DNA of 64,000 nucleotides from Thermoplasmata archaeon (lineage in GTDB: Archaea > Thermoplasmatota > Thermoplasmata > Lutacidiplasmatales > UBA184): positions 24,387 to 88,386 of the forward strand of contig JAKIWS010000002.1 of NCBI GenBank assembly GCA_022749895.1, in the 5' to 3' direction. Shown here in pieces: positions 25,671 to 33,723 of this stretch. The notes under the pieces are model-generated. The model saw only the letters and a list, made by a program, of their open reading frames with translations. It was not told the origin of the DNA and searched no databases. Each line of letters begins with the position of its first letter. Within the stretch, counting starts at the first letter, position 1. Made by a program: the position numbers and the translations under genes.

Positions 25671-26362
25671 CGATAGATCGAATCGGCCGACTCGGCGCCG
25701 TTACGGCGTCGGGCCGCCGCGGCCTGCGACCGGAGCTCCCGCGCGAGCGATTCGCCGAGCGGCGTCAATCGGTACACCTTGAGCCGGCGGGGCTGCCCGC
25801 GCACGTGCGCGCGGCCGACAGTGAGCACCCCGGCGGCCTCGAGCCGCTGGAGGACCTTCGTGAGCGAGGTCTGGGCCGCCCCGAGGTCCGCGACCATCCC
25901 CATTTGGGAGAGCCCCGGAGGCGCCACCTCGTTCGGGGGGAGGAACCCCTGCCCGGCGATGTGCAGCACGACCCGTTGCGACAACCGGAGGACCTCCCGC
26001 TTGAGCCGAACCGGTTCGGGCGCCGGTTCTCCCGGTGGCGCCGCGCGTCCGTTCCGGAGATCCGTCCCCGCAGGGGGTGCGGGAGATGCCGGCCCGGCCG
26101 TCGTCGGTCCCCGCCCGGGGGGTGAGGAGAACCCGGCGTCGAACGACGGCTCTCCGTGCGGCGACGGGACCGCCGACGCCGCGGCGGGTGGCCGCACACC
26201 CTCGTGGTCGCCCCGGCTCGGATCGAAGGCGGTCGACGCGGGCCCGACAGCTTCCGGGGTCGGGGCCGTGCGCAGCCGTCGGATCAGGAGCCACACGCCC
26301 ACGCCGGCGGCCGTGAGGCCCGCGCCCGCCACGAATCCTACCAGCTCCGACGTGAGGTCCAT
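25667..26362 (-). CDS. Membrane-tethered winged-helix (MarR/TrmB-like) DNA-binding protein
   Basis: ATG 26362 lies inside ORF 25667..28930. An N-terminal TM helix (LVGFVAGAGLTAAGVGVWLLI, then RRLR) is followed by a roughly 90-aa Pro-rich linker. The C-terminal wHTH reads GLSQMGMVADLGAAQTSLTKVLQRLEAAGVLTVGRAHVRGQPRRLKVYRLTPLG. It begins 18 nt after the stop of the giant Kelch gene. Confidence 0.6.
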   Translation of the reverse strand: MDLTSELVGFVAGAGLTAAGVGVWLLIRRLRTAPTPEAVGPASTAFDPSRGDHEGVRPPAAASAVPSPHGEPSFDAGFSSPPGRGPTTAGPASPAPPAGTDLRNGRAAPPGEPAPEPVRLKREVLRLSQRVVLHIAGQGFLPPNEVAPPGLSQMGMVADLGAAQTSLTKVLQRLEAAGVLTVGRAHVRGQPRRLKVYRLTPLGESLARELRSQAAAARRRNGAESADSIYR

Positions 26363-26379
26363 GGTGCTTCGTGTCGAAG

Positions 26380-29300
26380 TTACGTCCGGTCGTCCGGCTC
26401 CGCGGCCCCCTCGTTGTTCCGAAGCCCCCGGACGATCTCCGCACCTTCCCACCGGAGCCGCCGTCGTCGCCAGTACGCCCCGATCACGACGGCGGCGAAC
26501 ACCGCCCCGGCGACGGCCCCCGGGAGAACGCCGCCCGCGAGACCGAGCAGCGAGCCGGTTCCGCCCGGTGGGGTCGGGTTCCCGGGCGGCCCCGCCTCGA
26601 CGACGACCGAGGCCATCGCCGAGGTCGGCCGCCCGAGCGCGTCCGTCACGTTGAGATGGACCGTGAAGGTCCCCACGACGGAGGGGGAGCAGGTGAGCGC
26701 CGGGGCGTTCACGGAACTGCAACCGGCCGGAAGCCCCGCGTACAGGTAGCGGAGCGGCGCGACGCCACCCGCGGTCGCCACGACGAACGTCACGGGATGA
26801 CCGACGACGACGGTCGAAGGGTCGGCGAGGAAGGCGGAGATGCTCGGGCCGGCGCCGATCCGCGACGGGACGACGTTGAGCGCGGTGTGGACGCCGGCGC
26901 GGTGCCCCGCGAGGTCGAACGTCACGACGTAGACGTTGAACGCCCCGGTCGCCGTGGGCGTGCACGGCAGCGCCGAGGCGTTCGCGGAGAGGCAGCCGGC
27001 CGGGAGGCCCTGGTAGGCGTATCCGAGGGGACCGACGCCCCCCGTCGCAACGACGAGGAGCACCGTCGATTCCCCGATCGCCAGGACGGCGGGCGCCGCG
27101 GTGAACGAGGAGATGAGCGCCCCACCCCCCCCGCCGACCGGGTAGATGGTGACGTTCGCGAAGGCGACGGCGGTTCGCCCGGCGGTATCCGTGACCACGA
27201 CCTCGACGGTGGGGCTCCCGGCGGTCGTCGCCGTGCACGGGAGGGACGAACGGTTGGCGGTCGCGCAGCCGGCGGGCAGGCCTTGGTAGGCGTACGCAAG
27301 AGGGCCGCTCCCGCCCCGCGCGGTCGCCCCGAAGTTGGTCGTGTTTCCGAGGACGAGGGCGTTCGGCGCGGCCGCGAAGGCGAAGATCTCCGGGCCGCCG
27401 AGCGCTCCGCGGGGTACGACCACCAATCCGGCACTCGCCGTCGCCGCGGAACCCGGAGCGTCGGTGACCGTCACCGTGATCGTGTAGTTGCCGGTCACGT
27501 TCGGATAGCACGGCAACACCACGACGTTCTGCGACGGGCATCCGGGCGGCAAGCCCGAGTAACTGTACGCGATCGGGGGAGTTCCTCCCATCACCTGAGC
27601 CGCGAGCAGCGTCCGATTCCCGACCAGGTCGGGGTTGGCGCTCACGGTGAAGGAGCCGATCGTGGGCACCGGGTTGACCTGCACCGTCGCGAGCGCCTGC
27701 GCGTAGTTTCCGTGCACGTCGGTCACCCGCACCGTGACCGGGTAGGTCCCGGCCGATGTCGGGGTGCAGGCGAGCGTCGAGAGGTTCGCGGATAGGCATC
27801 CCGGCGGAAGACCCGCGTACACAAAGGTGAGCGACCCCACGCCGCCGCCGGCGGAGGCGGCCAGTTGAAGCGACTGGCCGACGTCCGTAGCGGCCGGGAG
27901 CGCCCGGAAGCTCGCGATGTACGGCCGGTTGCCGCCACCGGCCGACCAGGCCCACGCGTCGCCGCAGACTTCCCGGCACTGCGGCGGCTCGCCGTTGTAG
28001 AGGCTGTAGCCTTGACCGAACGCTCCGCCGAAGACGAGCGCCGAGGCGTCGGCCGTGTCGACGGCGGACGCGGCCTCGGAGCGGTTGAACGGCCCGGTAC
28101 TCGGGAACTGCTCGGTCCAGCTGCCGTTCGCGTACGTCCAGGTATCCGCGAGCCATTGGCCGACGGAGGGGGAACGACCTCCCCACAGGACCACGTACGG
28201 GCCCGGGGCGTAGTACGTGAGCACGCCCGCGGCGCGGGCCGGCGGCGCGCCCACGACCCGGCTGGTCAGATTGGTCCAGTTCGCCGACTGGAACTTCCAG
28301 GTCTCGCGGCTGGGACTCGGCCAGCCCCCGGACGAGGAGGGAACGGTGCCGAAGAGGAGGACGTAGCCGTCGGTCGCGTCGTACGTGATCTGGCCGGGCA
28401 TCGCACTGTGGGGAGCGGTCCGGAGGTGCGAGGTGAGATTCGTCCACGTCCCCGCGTGGAACGTCCACGTGTCGTTGTACCCGCCGGGCGACGAGCTCCC
28501 TTCCGCGTAGTACGGGAATCCTCCGAACAGCAGGATGTCTCCCGCGGCGCCATCGTACAGGAGGTCCGTCCCGCTCCGGTTCGACGGCGCTACGAGCGGC
28601 GTGAGCCGCGACCAGTTGCCGCTGACGAACTCCCAGGTATCCCCGAGAGCCCGACCCGCGGCACCGTACCCCCCGAACAGGACGACGTACCCATCGGCGG
28701 CATCGTAGGCCATCCCGGCGCCGTCGCGCGCGGCCGGTCCGGGGCGTCCGGTAAGCTCGGTCCACACCCCGCCCCGGAACGTCCACGTGTCGTTGAGGGG
28801 CGTCCACACGACGGCGGGGCTGCCAGCGAGACGATACCCCCCGAATAGGACGACCTCGCCATCGGCCGCATCGTACGTCATGCGCGCGTCGGCCCGGGCC
28901 GATGGAACCGCGGTCGTCCGATTGGTCCACGCCCCCGCCGTGAACGACCAGGTGGGGGCCTGTCCGCCCGGAGGCTGCGCGATGCTCCCGAGAAGGAGCG
29001 CGTAGTGGTCGGCCAGGTCGTAGCCGAAGGCGGGACCGAAGCTCGACGGAGGGGAGATCGTCGGTGAGATTGTCTTCCAGACGCCGGCATGGAAGCTCCA
29101 GGTACGGAGCTGGGCCCCCGTCGAGTTGGTCACGAGGAGCACCACGCCGTCGGCGGGATCGTCGACGAGCCCCGCCCGGGGGTGGTTGGAGACGGGTGGC
29201 CCTGGCACAGCGAGCGGGGTCCAGTGACCGGAGCCAAACGTCCAGGTCGAGTTGTCGGGCTGCCCGGACGTTAGGATGCCCCCAAACAAGACCACGTTGG

Positions 29301-30225
29301 CGTCAGCGGAGTCGAAGGTGATGGCCCCACCATACCGCGCCGGTGGCGCTGTGGTGAGGTTGGCGGAGAGGTTGTTCCAGACGCCCCCCGAGAACGACCA
29401 AGTGTCGTTCAGGTAGGTGAATCGGGAACCGGCCGCGTAGTAACCTCCGAAGAGGAGGAGGTAGCCATCGGCGTTGTCGTACGCCATCATCGGAAGGTAG
29501 CGGGGGGACGGTCGAGGCACGGGGCTGACCTGGTTCCACTGACCCGAGGCGAAGGTCCAGGTCTGATTCGCGGACGGGCAGGCGGGCTGGGTCCCGGCGA
29601 CGTTCGCCGCCCCAAAGAAGACGACCACGCGGTCGAGCGCGTCGTACGCGAGCGCCGACCCGGGGCAATCCGTCGGCTGGAGGTTGGAGAGGATCGGGCT
29701 CCATCGCCCGGCGGCGTAGCTCCACGAGGAGCTGACGTCGTTCGAGGTCGCAGAATACGGGTTGGGTCCGTCCAGGAGCACGACCATGTTGTCCGCGAGG
29801 TCGAACGTCAGGAGCGAATTCTGGAATCCGGCCGGTTCCGTACTCACGGGTCTCCACCCGGCCGGCCCCCCCACGGCGGGCAGGCGGGCTGCGGCATGGG
29901 GTGTGCACCGACTCGACGTTCCGCCGCTCGAGCAACTCCAGGATTGCCCCCCGGCGGGACCCTCGCCGTGCGCGAGAGCCGCCGTGGCCCGGAGGATCGC
30001 GCCCGAGGCCGTCGCGGTGGCGAGATGCGCGGGAGAGACCGCGCGAAGATGCGGGGCGGTGACGTCGGAAGCGCGAGTCCCCTCCGGCCAGGCGAGGGTC
30101 AGGACGGCGACCAGGCCCAGGACCAACAGCATCGAGCCGAGGGTCCGCCGCCGACCGGCGGGCAAGCGTACCCGATGGGTCGGGTGGGGGTCGCGACTAC
30201 CGTTCGCCGTGGTCCCCCGGCTCAC
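26380..30225 (-). CDS. Giant surface protein: signal/TM, about 12 Kelch blades (two propellers), five Ig-like repeats, C-terminal TM anchor
   Basis: ORF 26380..30279. I count 12 blade cores of the type MAYDAADGYVVLFGG...W. Five repeats with YxYxGLPxGC follow. The C-terminal span LPGAVAGAVFAAVVIGAYW is followed by RRRR. The start is set at in-frame GTG 30225, 27 nt downstream of a TATA-like box. GTG 30279 is the alternative. Confidence 0.8.
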   Translation of the reverse strand: MSRGTTANGSRDPHPTHRVRLPAGRRRTLGSMLLVLGLVAVLTLAWPEGTRASDVTAPHLRAVSPAHLATATASGAILRATAALAHGEGPAGGQSWSCSSGGTSSRCTPHAAARLPAVGGPAGWRPVSTEPAGFQNSLLTFDLADNMVVLLDGPNPYSATSNDVSSSWSYAAGRWSPILSNLQPTDCPGSALAYDALDRVVVFFGAANVAGTQPACPSANQTWTFASGQWNQVSPVPRPSPRYLPMMAYDNADGYLLLFGGYYAAGSRFTYLNDTWSFSGGVWNNLSANLTTAPPARYGGAITFDSADANVVLFGGILTSGQPDNSTWTFGSGHWTPLAVPGPPVSNHPRAGLVDDPADGVVLLVTNSTGAQLRTWSFHAGVWKTISPTISPPSSFGPAFGYDLADHYALLLGSIAQPPGGQAPTWSFTAGAWTNRTTAVPSARADARMTYDAADGEVVLFGGYRLAGSPAVVWTPLNDTWTFRGGVWTELTGRPGPAARDGAGMAYDAADGYVVLFGGYGAAGRALGDTWEFVSGNWSRLTPLVAPSNRSGTDLLYDGAAGDILLFGGFPYYAEGSSSPGGYNDTWTFHAGTWTNLTSHLRTAPHSAMPGQITYDATDGYVLLFGTVPSSSGGWPSPSRETWKFQSANWTNLTSRVVGAPPARAAGVLTYYAPGPYVVLWGGRSPSVGQWLADTWTYANGSWTEQFPSTGPFNRSEAASAVDTADASALVFGGAFGQGYSLYNGEPPQCREVCGDAWAWSAGGGNRPYIASFRALPAATDVGQSLQLAASAGGGVGSLTFVYAGLPPGCLSANLSTLACTPTSAGTYPVTVRVTDVHGNYAQALATVQVNPVPTIGSFTVSANPDLVGNRTLLAAQVMGGTPPIAYSYSGLPPGCPSQNVVVLPCYPNVTGNYTITVTVTDAPGSAATASAGLVVVPRGALGGPEIFAFAAAPNALVLGNTTNFGATARGGSGPLAYAYQGLPAGCATANRSSLPCTATTAGSPTVEVVVTDTAGRTAVAFANVTIYPVGGGGGALISSFTAAPAVLAIGESTVLLVVATGGVGPLGYAYQGLPAGCLSANASALPCTPTATGAFNVYVVTFDLAGHRAGVHTALNVVPSRIGAGPSISAFLADPSTVVVGHPVTFVVATAGGVAPLRYLYAGLPAGCSSVNAPALTCSPSVVGTFTVHLNVTDALGRPTSAMASVVVEAGPPGNPTPPGGTGSLLGLAGGVLPGAVAGAVFAAVVIGAYWRRRRLRWEGAEIVRGLRNNEGAAEPDDRT
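26599..27924 (-). repeat. Five tandem coding repeats (83-92 aa each) forming Ig-like domains inside the giant Kelch protein
   Basis: The repeat boundaries were counted from the protein sequence. Each unit carries (F/Y)xYxGLP(P/A)GC...L(x)C(T/Y/S)P...G.(Y/F).V.V.V.D..G. Confidence 0.75.
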
Positions 30226-30248
30226 AGCGGCGGGGAGCGGCCGGGCGG

Positions 30249-30256
30249 GTAAAAAG
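30249..30256 (-). promoter_or_regulatory. TATA-like box (CTTTTTAC on minus strand) 27 nt upstream of GTG 30225
   Basis: The minus strand reads GGGGCTTTTTACCCGCC. The spacing matches the other putative promoters in the window. Confidence 0.35.
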
Positions 30257-30364
30257 CCCCGAGGGGAGATACGGCGCACTTATGGTCCGTTTCGGGGGGC
30301 GGCTCGGTGGACGGGACCCGGGGCGACCCGATCCCCCGCCTTCCGTCCGGGAGGCGCCGGGACG

Positions 30365-31090
30365 TCAGAGACCCATCGGCGCCACGATCACCGGGGCGGC
30401 GCACGACGGGCACTTCGGGTTGTCCGGTGACAGCGTCGCGATGTCGATGCGCGCTCCGCAGTACGGGCAGACGATCCGGTCCATCAGCGACGCGACCGTC
30501 ACCTGCTGGCGGAGGTCGCGTTGGCGGTTGCGGATCCGGTAGTAGGCGACCGCGCTTTGGGCGAAGGAGACCACCGCCGGGGCGCCGGGGACCGGACTCC
30601 AGACCATCGTCGGGGCCCGGCTCGACCCGAGCAGCCCCGTCTTGCTCCCGGCAGGAGGCGGTGCGAGATGAAAGACGACCGTCGCGGATTTCTTCGTCAT
30701 CGAGACGCTCGTGATCTGATCGTAGGAGACGCTCTGGAAGTCGCTCCCGGAGCGCGTGAGAACGCGCTGGTCGGTCATCGCGTAGGCGACGCGCGACCAC
30801 AGGCCGAGGACGATGAAGATCGGAAGGGCGAAGAGGAACAGGGCGAAGATCCCGGCGCCGAGGTTGGCCCCCTGGTCCTGGGGCTGGGTCGCGACGACCA
30901 GGGCGAACAGCAGCACGAAGATTCCGAAGACGAAGATGATCACCCAGCGCCCCGTGGAGATCTTCGGTCGCGTTTCGTAGAGGACCTTCTCCCCGCCTTG
31001 CAGCGCGGTGACGGGAAACACGCCGGTCCGGCTGGTCGGGGGACGCACCCGTTCCAGTTCCGCTTCCGATGACGGAAGGTACCCGCCCAT
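30365..31090 (-). CDS. Membrane protein: 2 TM helices, PH-like (bPH/YdbS-type) domain, C-terminal zinc ribbon
   Basis: ORF 30365..31090. GEKVLYETRPK is followed by a two-TM hairpin, then YAMTDQRVLTRSG...SVSYDQITSV (bPH-like). The C-terminal zinc ribbon reads CPYCGARIDIATLSPDNPKCPSC. Confidence 0.6.
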   Translation of the reverse strand: MGGYLPSSEAELERVRPPTSRTGVFPVTALQGGEKVLYETRPKISTGRWVIIFVFGIFVLLFALVVATQPQDQGANLGAGIFALFLFALPIFIVLGLWSRVAYAMTDQRVLTRSGSDFQSVSYDQITSVSMTKKSATVVFHLAPPPAGSKTGLLGSSRAPTMVWSPVPGAPAVVSFAQSAVAYYRIRNRQRDLRQQVTVASLMDRIVCPYCGARIDIATLSPDNPKCPSCAAPVIVAPMGL

Positions 31091-31112
31091 CCGGTCGCGC
31101 GAACCCGAGTGG

Positions 31113-31119
31113 ATTATTT
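31113..31119 (-). promoter_or_regulatory. TATA-like box (AAATAAT on minus strand) 26 nt upstream of ATG 31090
   Basis: The minus strand reads CTCCAAATAATCCACTC. This implies a separate, probably leaderless, transcript start for 30365..31090. Confidence 0.45.
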
Positions 31120-31222
31120 GGAGATATCTGGATTCAGAACCGGCGAGCCTTCCGAGGGGTCGCGGCCCTTTCCGGGAGTTTCGCCCGGCGGTACCGGGGC
31201 GCCCCGCCGATTTCCCGGAAGT

Positions 31223-33202
31223 CTACCCCGTGCCCGGGAGCGGTTGTCCGCAGTTCGAACAGAACCGGACCCGCATCGTCATCAGGCTCCCGCACCGCGG
31301 GCATTTCTGGACCTGGGCGCCGATCCGAGCGCTCCCCGTGCCCGCGCGGGTCGGCGACGGGGGAGGGCGTGCCGGACCCGGGGCCAGCGGATCGTTGCTC
31401 GGCAGGGAAGGCGACGCGGGGGCCGCGGGAGTCATGCCGAAGATAGCGGCCACCATCGGCGAGAGGATCCACCGGGGTGCGTTCGGATGGAGCAAGATCG
31501 CGCGGGCCTGATCGACGGTGACCAGGATCGCCCCCACCATGGGGGTCTTTCCGGGGTACGTGTAGGTGAACACGAACCGCCCGCGGCGGGCGGGGAATCG
31601 CGCCGGCTCAAGATACGCCCACGGAATTCGTAGATCGCTCTTCGAGCGTCGGACGATGACCCCCGACGCGCAGGTGCCGACCGATCGCGTCACCGACCGT
31701 CCGGACGAATAGATCACGGAGAACGGCAGGAGCAGGAGTATCACAAACGCGGGCAACAACAGGAGGGCGGCCCCAGCGGCCCCGGAGCCACTCGCGGCGA
31801 GCGGGATGATCAGGATCGCGATGAGGAACAGGGTGAAGATCGTGAGGAAGACGCCGGATACGACCCCGTCGCGATAGAGCGCCCACCGGCCCACCGTCGG
31901 GACCCAGCGTACCTCGCTGTCGGGCGGCGGCGGGAACAGCGCCTGGAGGGCGCGCTCCCGGCGACGCCGACTCCGATGGCCGGCGAGGATGGCGACCGCG
32001 AACGTGACCGGGAAGACGAGCGCGAAGATCAGGAACGCGCCCCCGAACCCGTTCGACTTCGGGTTCAGCAGCGACCAGTTCCCGTGAACGTACGTCCAGG
32101 TCCCGTCGGTCACGCCCGACGGCTCGCCGCCGGTCGCCACCAGAAGGTACCCGTCGGCGGCGTCGAACGCCATCGCCCCGGCGTAGAGGCCGTCCGGAAA
32201 CTCGTTCGCGGTGAGCCGGCTCCAATGCCCGCTGGCCAACGACCAGACGTCGCCGAAGTACGTCCCGTAGGCGTAGCCCCCGGCGAGGACCAGGTTCCCG
32301 TCCAGGGGGTCCTCCGCGAACATCGCCCCGTGGCGGGGCGACGGCGCCGTGCCCGCGCTCGCCGTCAGATTCGTCCAGACCCCGTGGCCGTAGCTCCAGG
32401 TGTCGCCGATGTTCGACCCGTTGAGCCCCCCGAACAACACGACCGGAACTGTCGATCCGCCGGCGAGAGAAGCATCGAGACGACCGATCGGGCGGGCCCC
32501 CGTGATGTTCGACGCGAGGTTCGTCCAATGCCCGTGCCCGAACGACCACGCGTCCGACAACGTCTGGGGAGTCGCGCCCCCGAGAGACCCTCCGAAGAGG
32601 AGGGCGTAGCCGTCCGGTCCGTCCCACGTCATCGCGGCACGACCGCGGGCGGAGGGAGCGACCCCGGCCGTCGCCGAAAGGTCGGTCCAGTGACCCCCTT
32701 GGAAGACCCACGTGTCGGCGAGCGCGGGGTAGCAGCTCAGCGTCACGCAGCCGCCGAAGAGGAGCAATTGCTGGTCGGCCGCATCATAGACCATGGACCC
32801 GGCCCAGCGGGCGGGGGGGTACTTCGCGAGCTGGCCGGAAAGGTCCGTCCACGTGCGGTTGTGGTACGTCCACGTCGCCGACGTCGCCGAACCGCTGGAG
32901 TCGAGGCCGCCGAACATGACCACGTACCCGTCGACCGCATCGTACGCCATCGAGGCGAACTCGATGTAGGGCGGATTCGTCGCGAGATTCGCCGGGCGCG
33001 ATCCCTCCACTCCGGCGAGGCCGCAGGCACGGTCGGCGGGAGTCGCGCAGAGGCCGGCCCGAGATGGTTCCCCCCCCAGCCCTGGGAGGGAGTGCGCGCT
33101 CGCGATTGTCGGCGGGGGACTCGGGGGAGCAAAGCGGGTCCCGCCGGCACCGGGCGTGAAGGTTCCCACGGCCAGCACGACGAGGGCGGCGAGGACGATC
33201 AC
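31223..33202 (-). CDS. Kelch-propeller ectodomain protein with TM segments, cytoplasmic PH-like region and C-terminal zinc ribbon
   Basis: ORF 31223..33202 (GTG start). A signal-like MIVLAALVVLAVGTF precedes about 6 Kelch blades (MAYDAVDGYVVMFGG, MVYDAADQQLLLFGG, MTWDGPDGYALLFGG ...). After a TM helix followed by HRSRRRRE comes a second two-TM hairpin, and the protein ends CPRCGSLMTMRVRFCSNCGQPL. Confidence 0.75.
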   Translation of the reverse strand: MIVLAALVVLAVGTFTPGAGGTRFAPPSPPPTIASAHSLPGLGGEPSRAGLCATPADRACGLAGVEGSRPANLATNPPYIEFASMAYDAVDGYVVMFGGLDSSGSATSATWTYHNRTWTDLSGQLAKYPPARWAGSMVYDAADQQLLLFGGCVTLSCYPALADTWVFQGGHWTDLSATAGVAPSARGRAAMTWDGPDGYALLFGGSLGGATPQTLSDAWSFGHGHWTNLASNITGARPIGRLDASLAGGSTVPVVLFGGLNGSNIGDTWSYGHGVWTNLTASAGTAPSPRHGAMFAEDPLDGNLVLAGGYAYGTYFGDVWSLASGHWSRLTANEFPDGLYAGAMAFDAADGYLLVATGGEPSGVTDGTWTYVHGNWSLLNPKSNGFGGAFLIFALVFPVTFAVAILAGHRSRRRRERALQALFPPPPDSEVRWVPTVGRWALYRDGVVSGVFLTIFTLFLIAILIIPLAASGSGAAGAALLLLPAFVILLLLPFSVIYSSGRSVTRSVGTCASGVIVRRSKSDLRIPWAYLEPARFPARRGRFVFTYTYPGKTPMVGAILVTVDQARAILLHPNAPRWILSPMVAAIFGMTPAAPASPSLPSNDPLAPGPARPPPSPTRAGTGSARIGAQVQKCPRCGSLMTMRVRFCSNCGQPLPGTG

Positions 33203-33380
33203 GCTCTCCCCAAGTCGACCGGAGAGACGGTCGAATGTTCGCGGGGCCGGGTCGGGGGGCGTCGTCGGGGCCGAGAACCGGTCTCAGGTGATGAACCTTC
33301 GGGGGACCGGCGCGCGGCCATTTCGAGGCCACCGGGGCGGCGTTTCGACGCCCGAAGGGGAATCGACCGCTCCGTCGAGG

Positions 33381-33638
33381 TCAACGTCGATGGACGATTC
33401 GATTGTGGTCGCGGAACGCCGCCGGCGAGTTGAAGAGTTTCTGACACGGGTCGCACCGGAGCGGTGGCCGACGTGGCGCGGCCGGCGCGTCATCGCCGCC
33501 GGCGGCAGCGTGCACCTTGACGCGGTGGGAGTCCAGCGCATCGCCCGATCGGAACGTCATCCCGCAATCGGAGCAGACGGCCTCCACTTCGTCGTACTCG
33601 ATGTAGGGCATCGGCGCCCGGAAGGGCGGGCCTCTCAT
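33381..33638 (-). CDS. Small protein with two C2H2-type zinc fingers
   Basis: ORF 33381..33638 (alternative ATG 33611). The fingers are CSDCGMTFRSGDALDSHRVKVH and CDPCQKLFNSPAAFRDHNRIVH, both fitting CxxC-x12-Hx4H. Confidence 0.55.
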   Translation of the reverse strand: MRGPPFRAPMPYIEYDEVEAVCSDCGMTFRSGDALDSHRVKVHAAAGGDDAPAAPRRPPLRCDPCQKLFNSPAAFRDHNRIVHRR

Positions 33639-33723
33639 CTCCGTTCCTGCCTCCGACCGAAGGCCGATCCGCGACGGGGCGGGCCCGGCGCCGAACCTCT
33701 GGCCGACCCGTATCGAGCGCCGA

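Noticed and set aside
26599-27924. Periodic ~270-nt DNA repeats considered as a possible CRISPR or satellite array
   Set aside because: The period is far too long. The units are diverged and lie in one open reading frame encoding Ig-like domains. There are no short direct repeats with unique spacers anywhere in the window.
26363-28930. Upstream ~850 codons of the 1087-aa ORF 25667..28930, which would fuse to the wHTH protein
   Set aside because: This part is out of frame with, and fully inside, the Kelch/Ig giant gene, whose frame shows clear repeat structure. Only the last 231 codons (from ATG 26362) look like a real protein.
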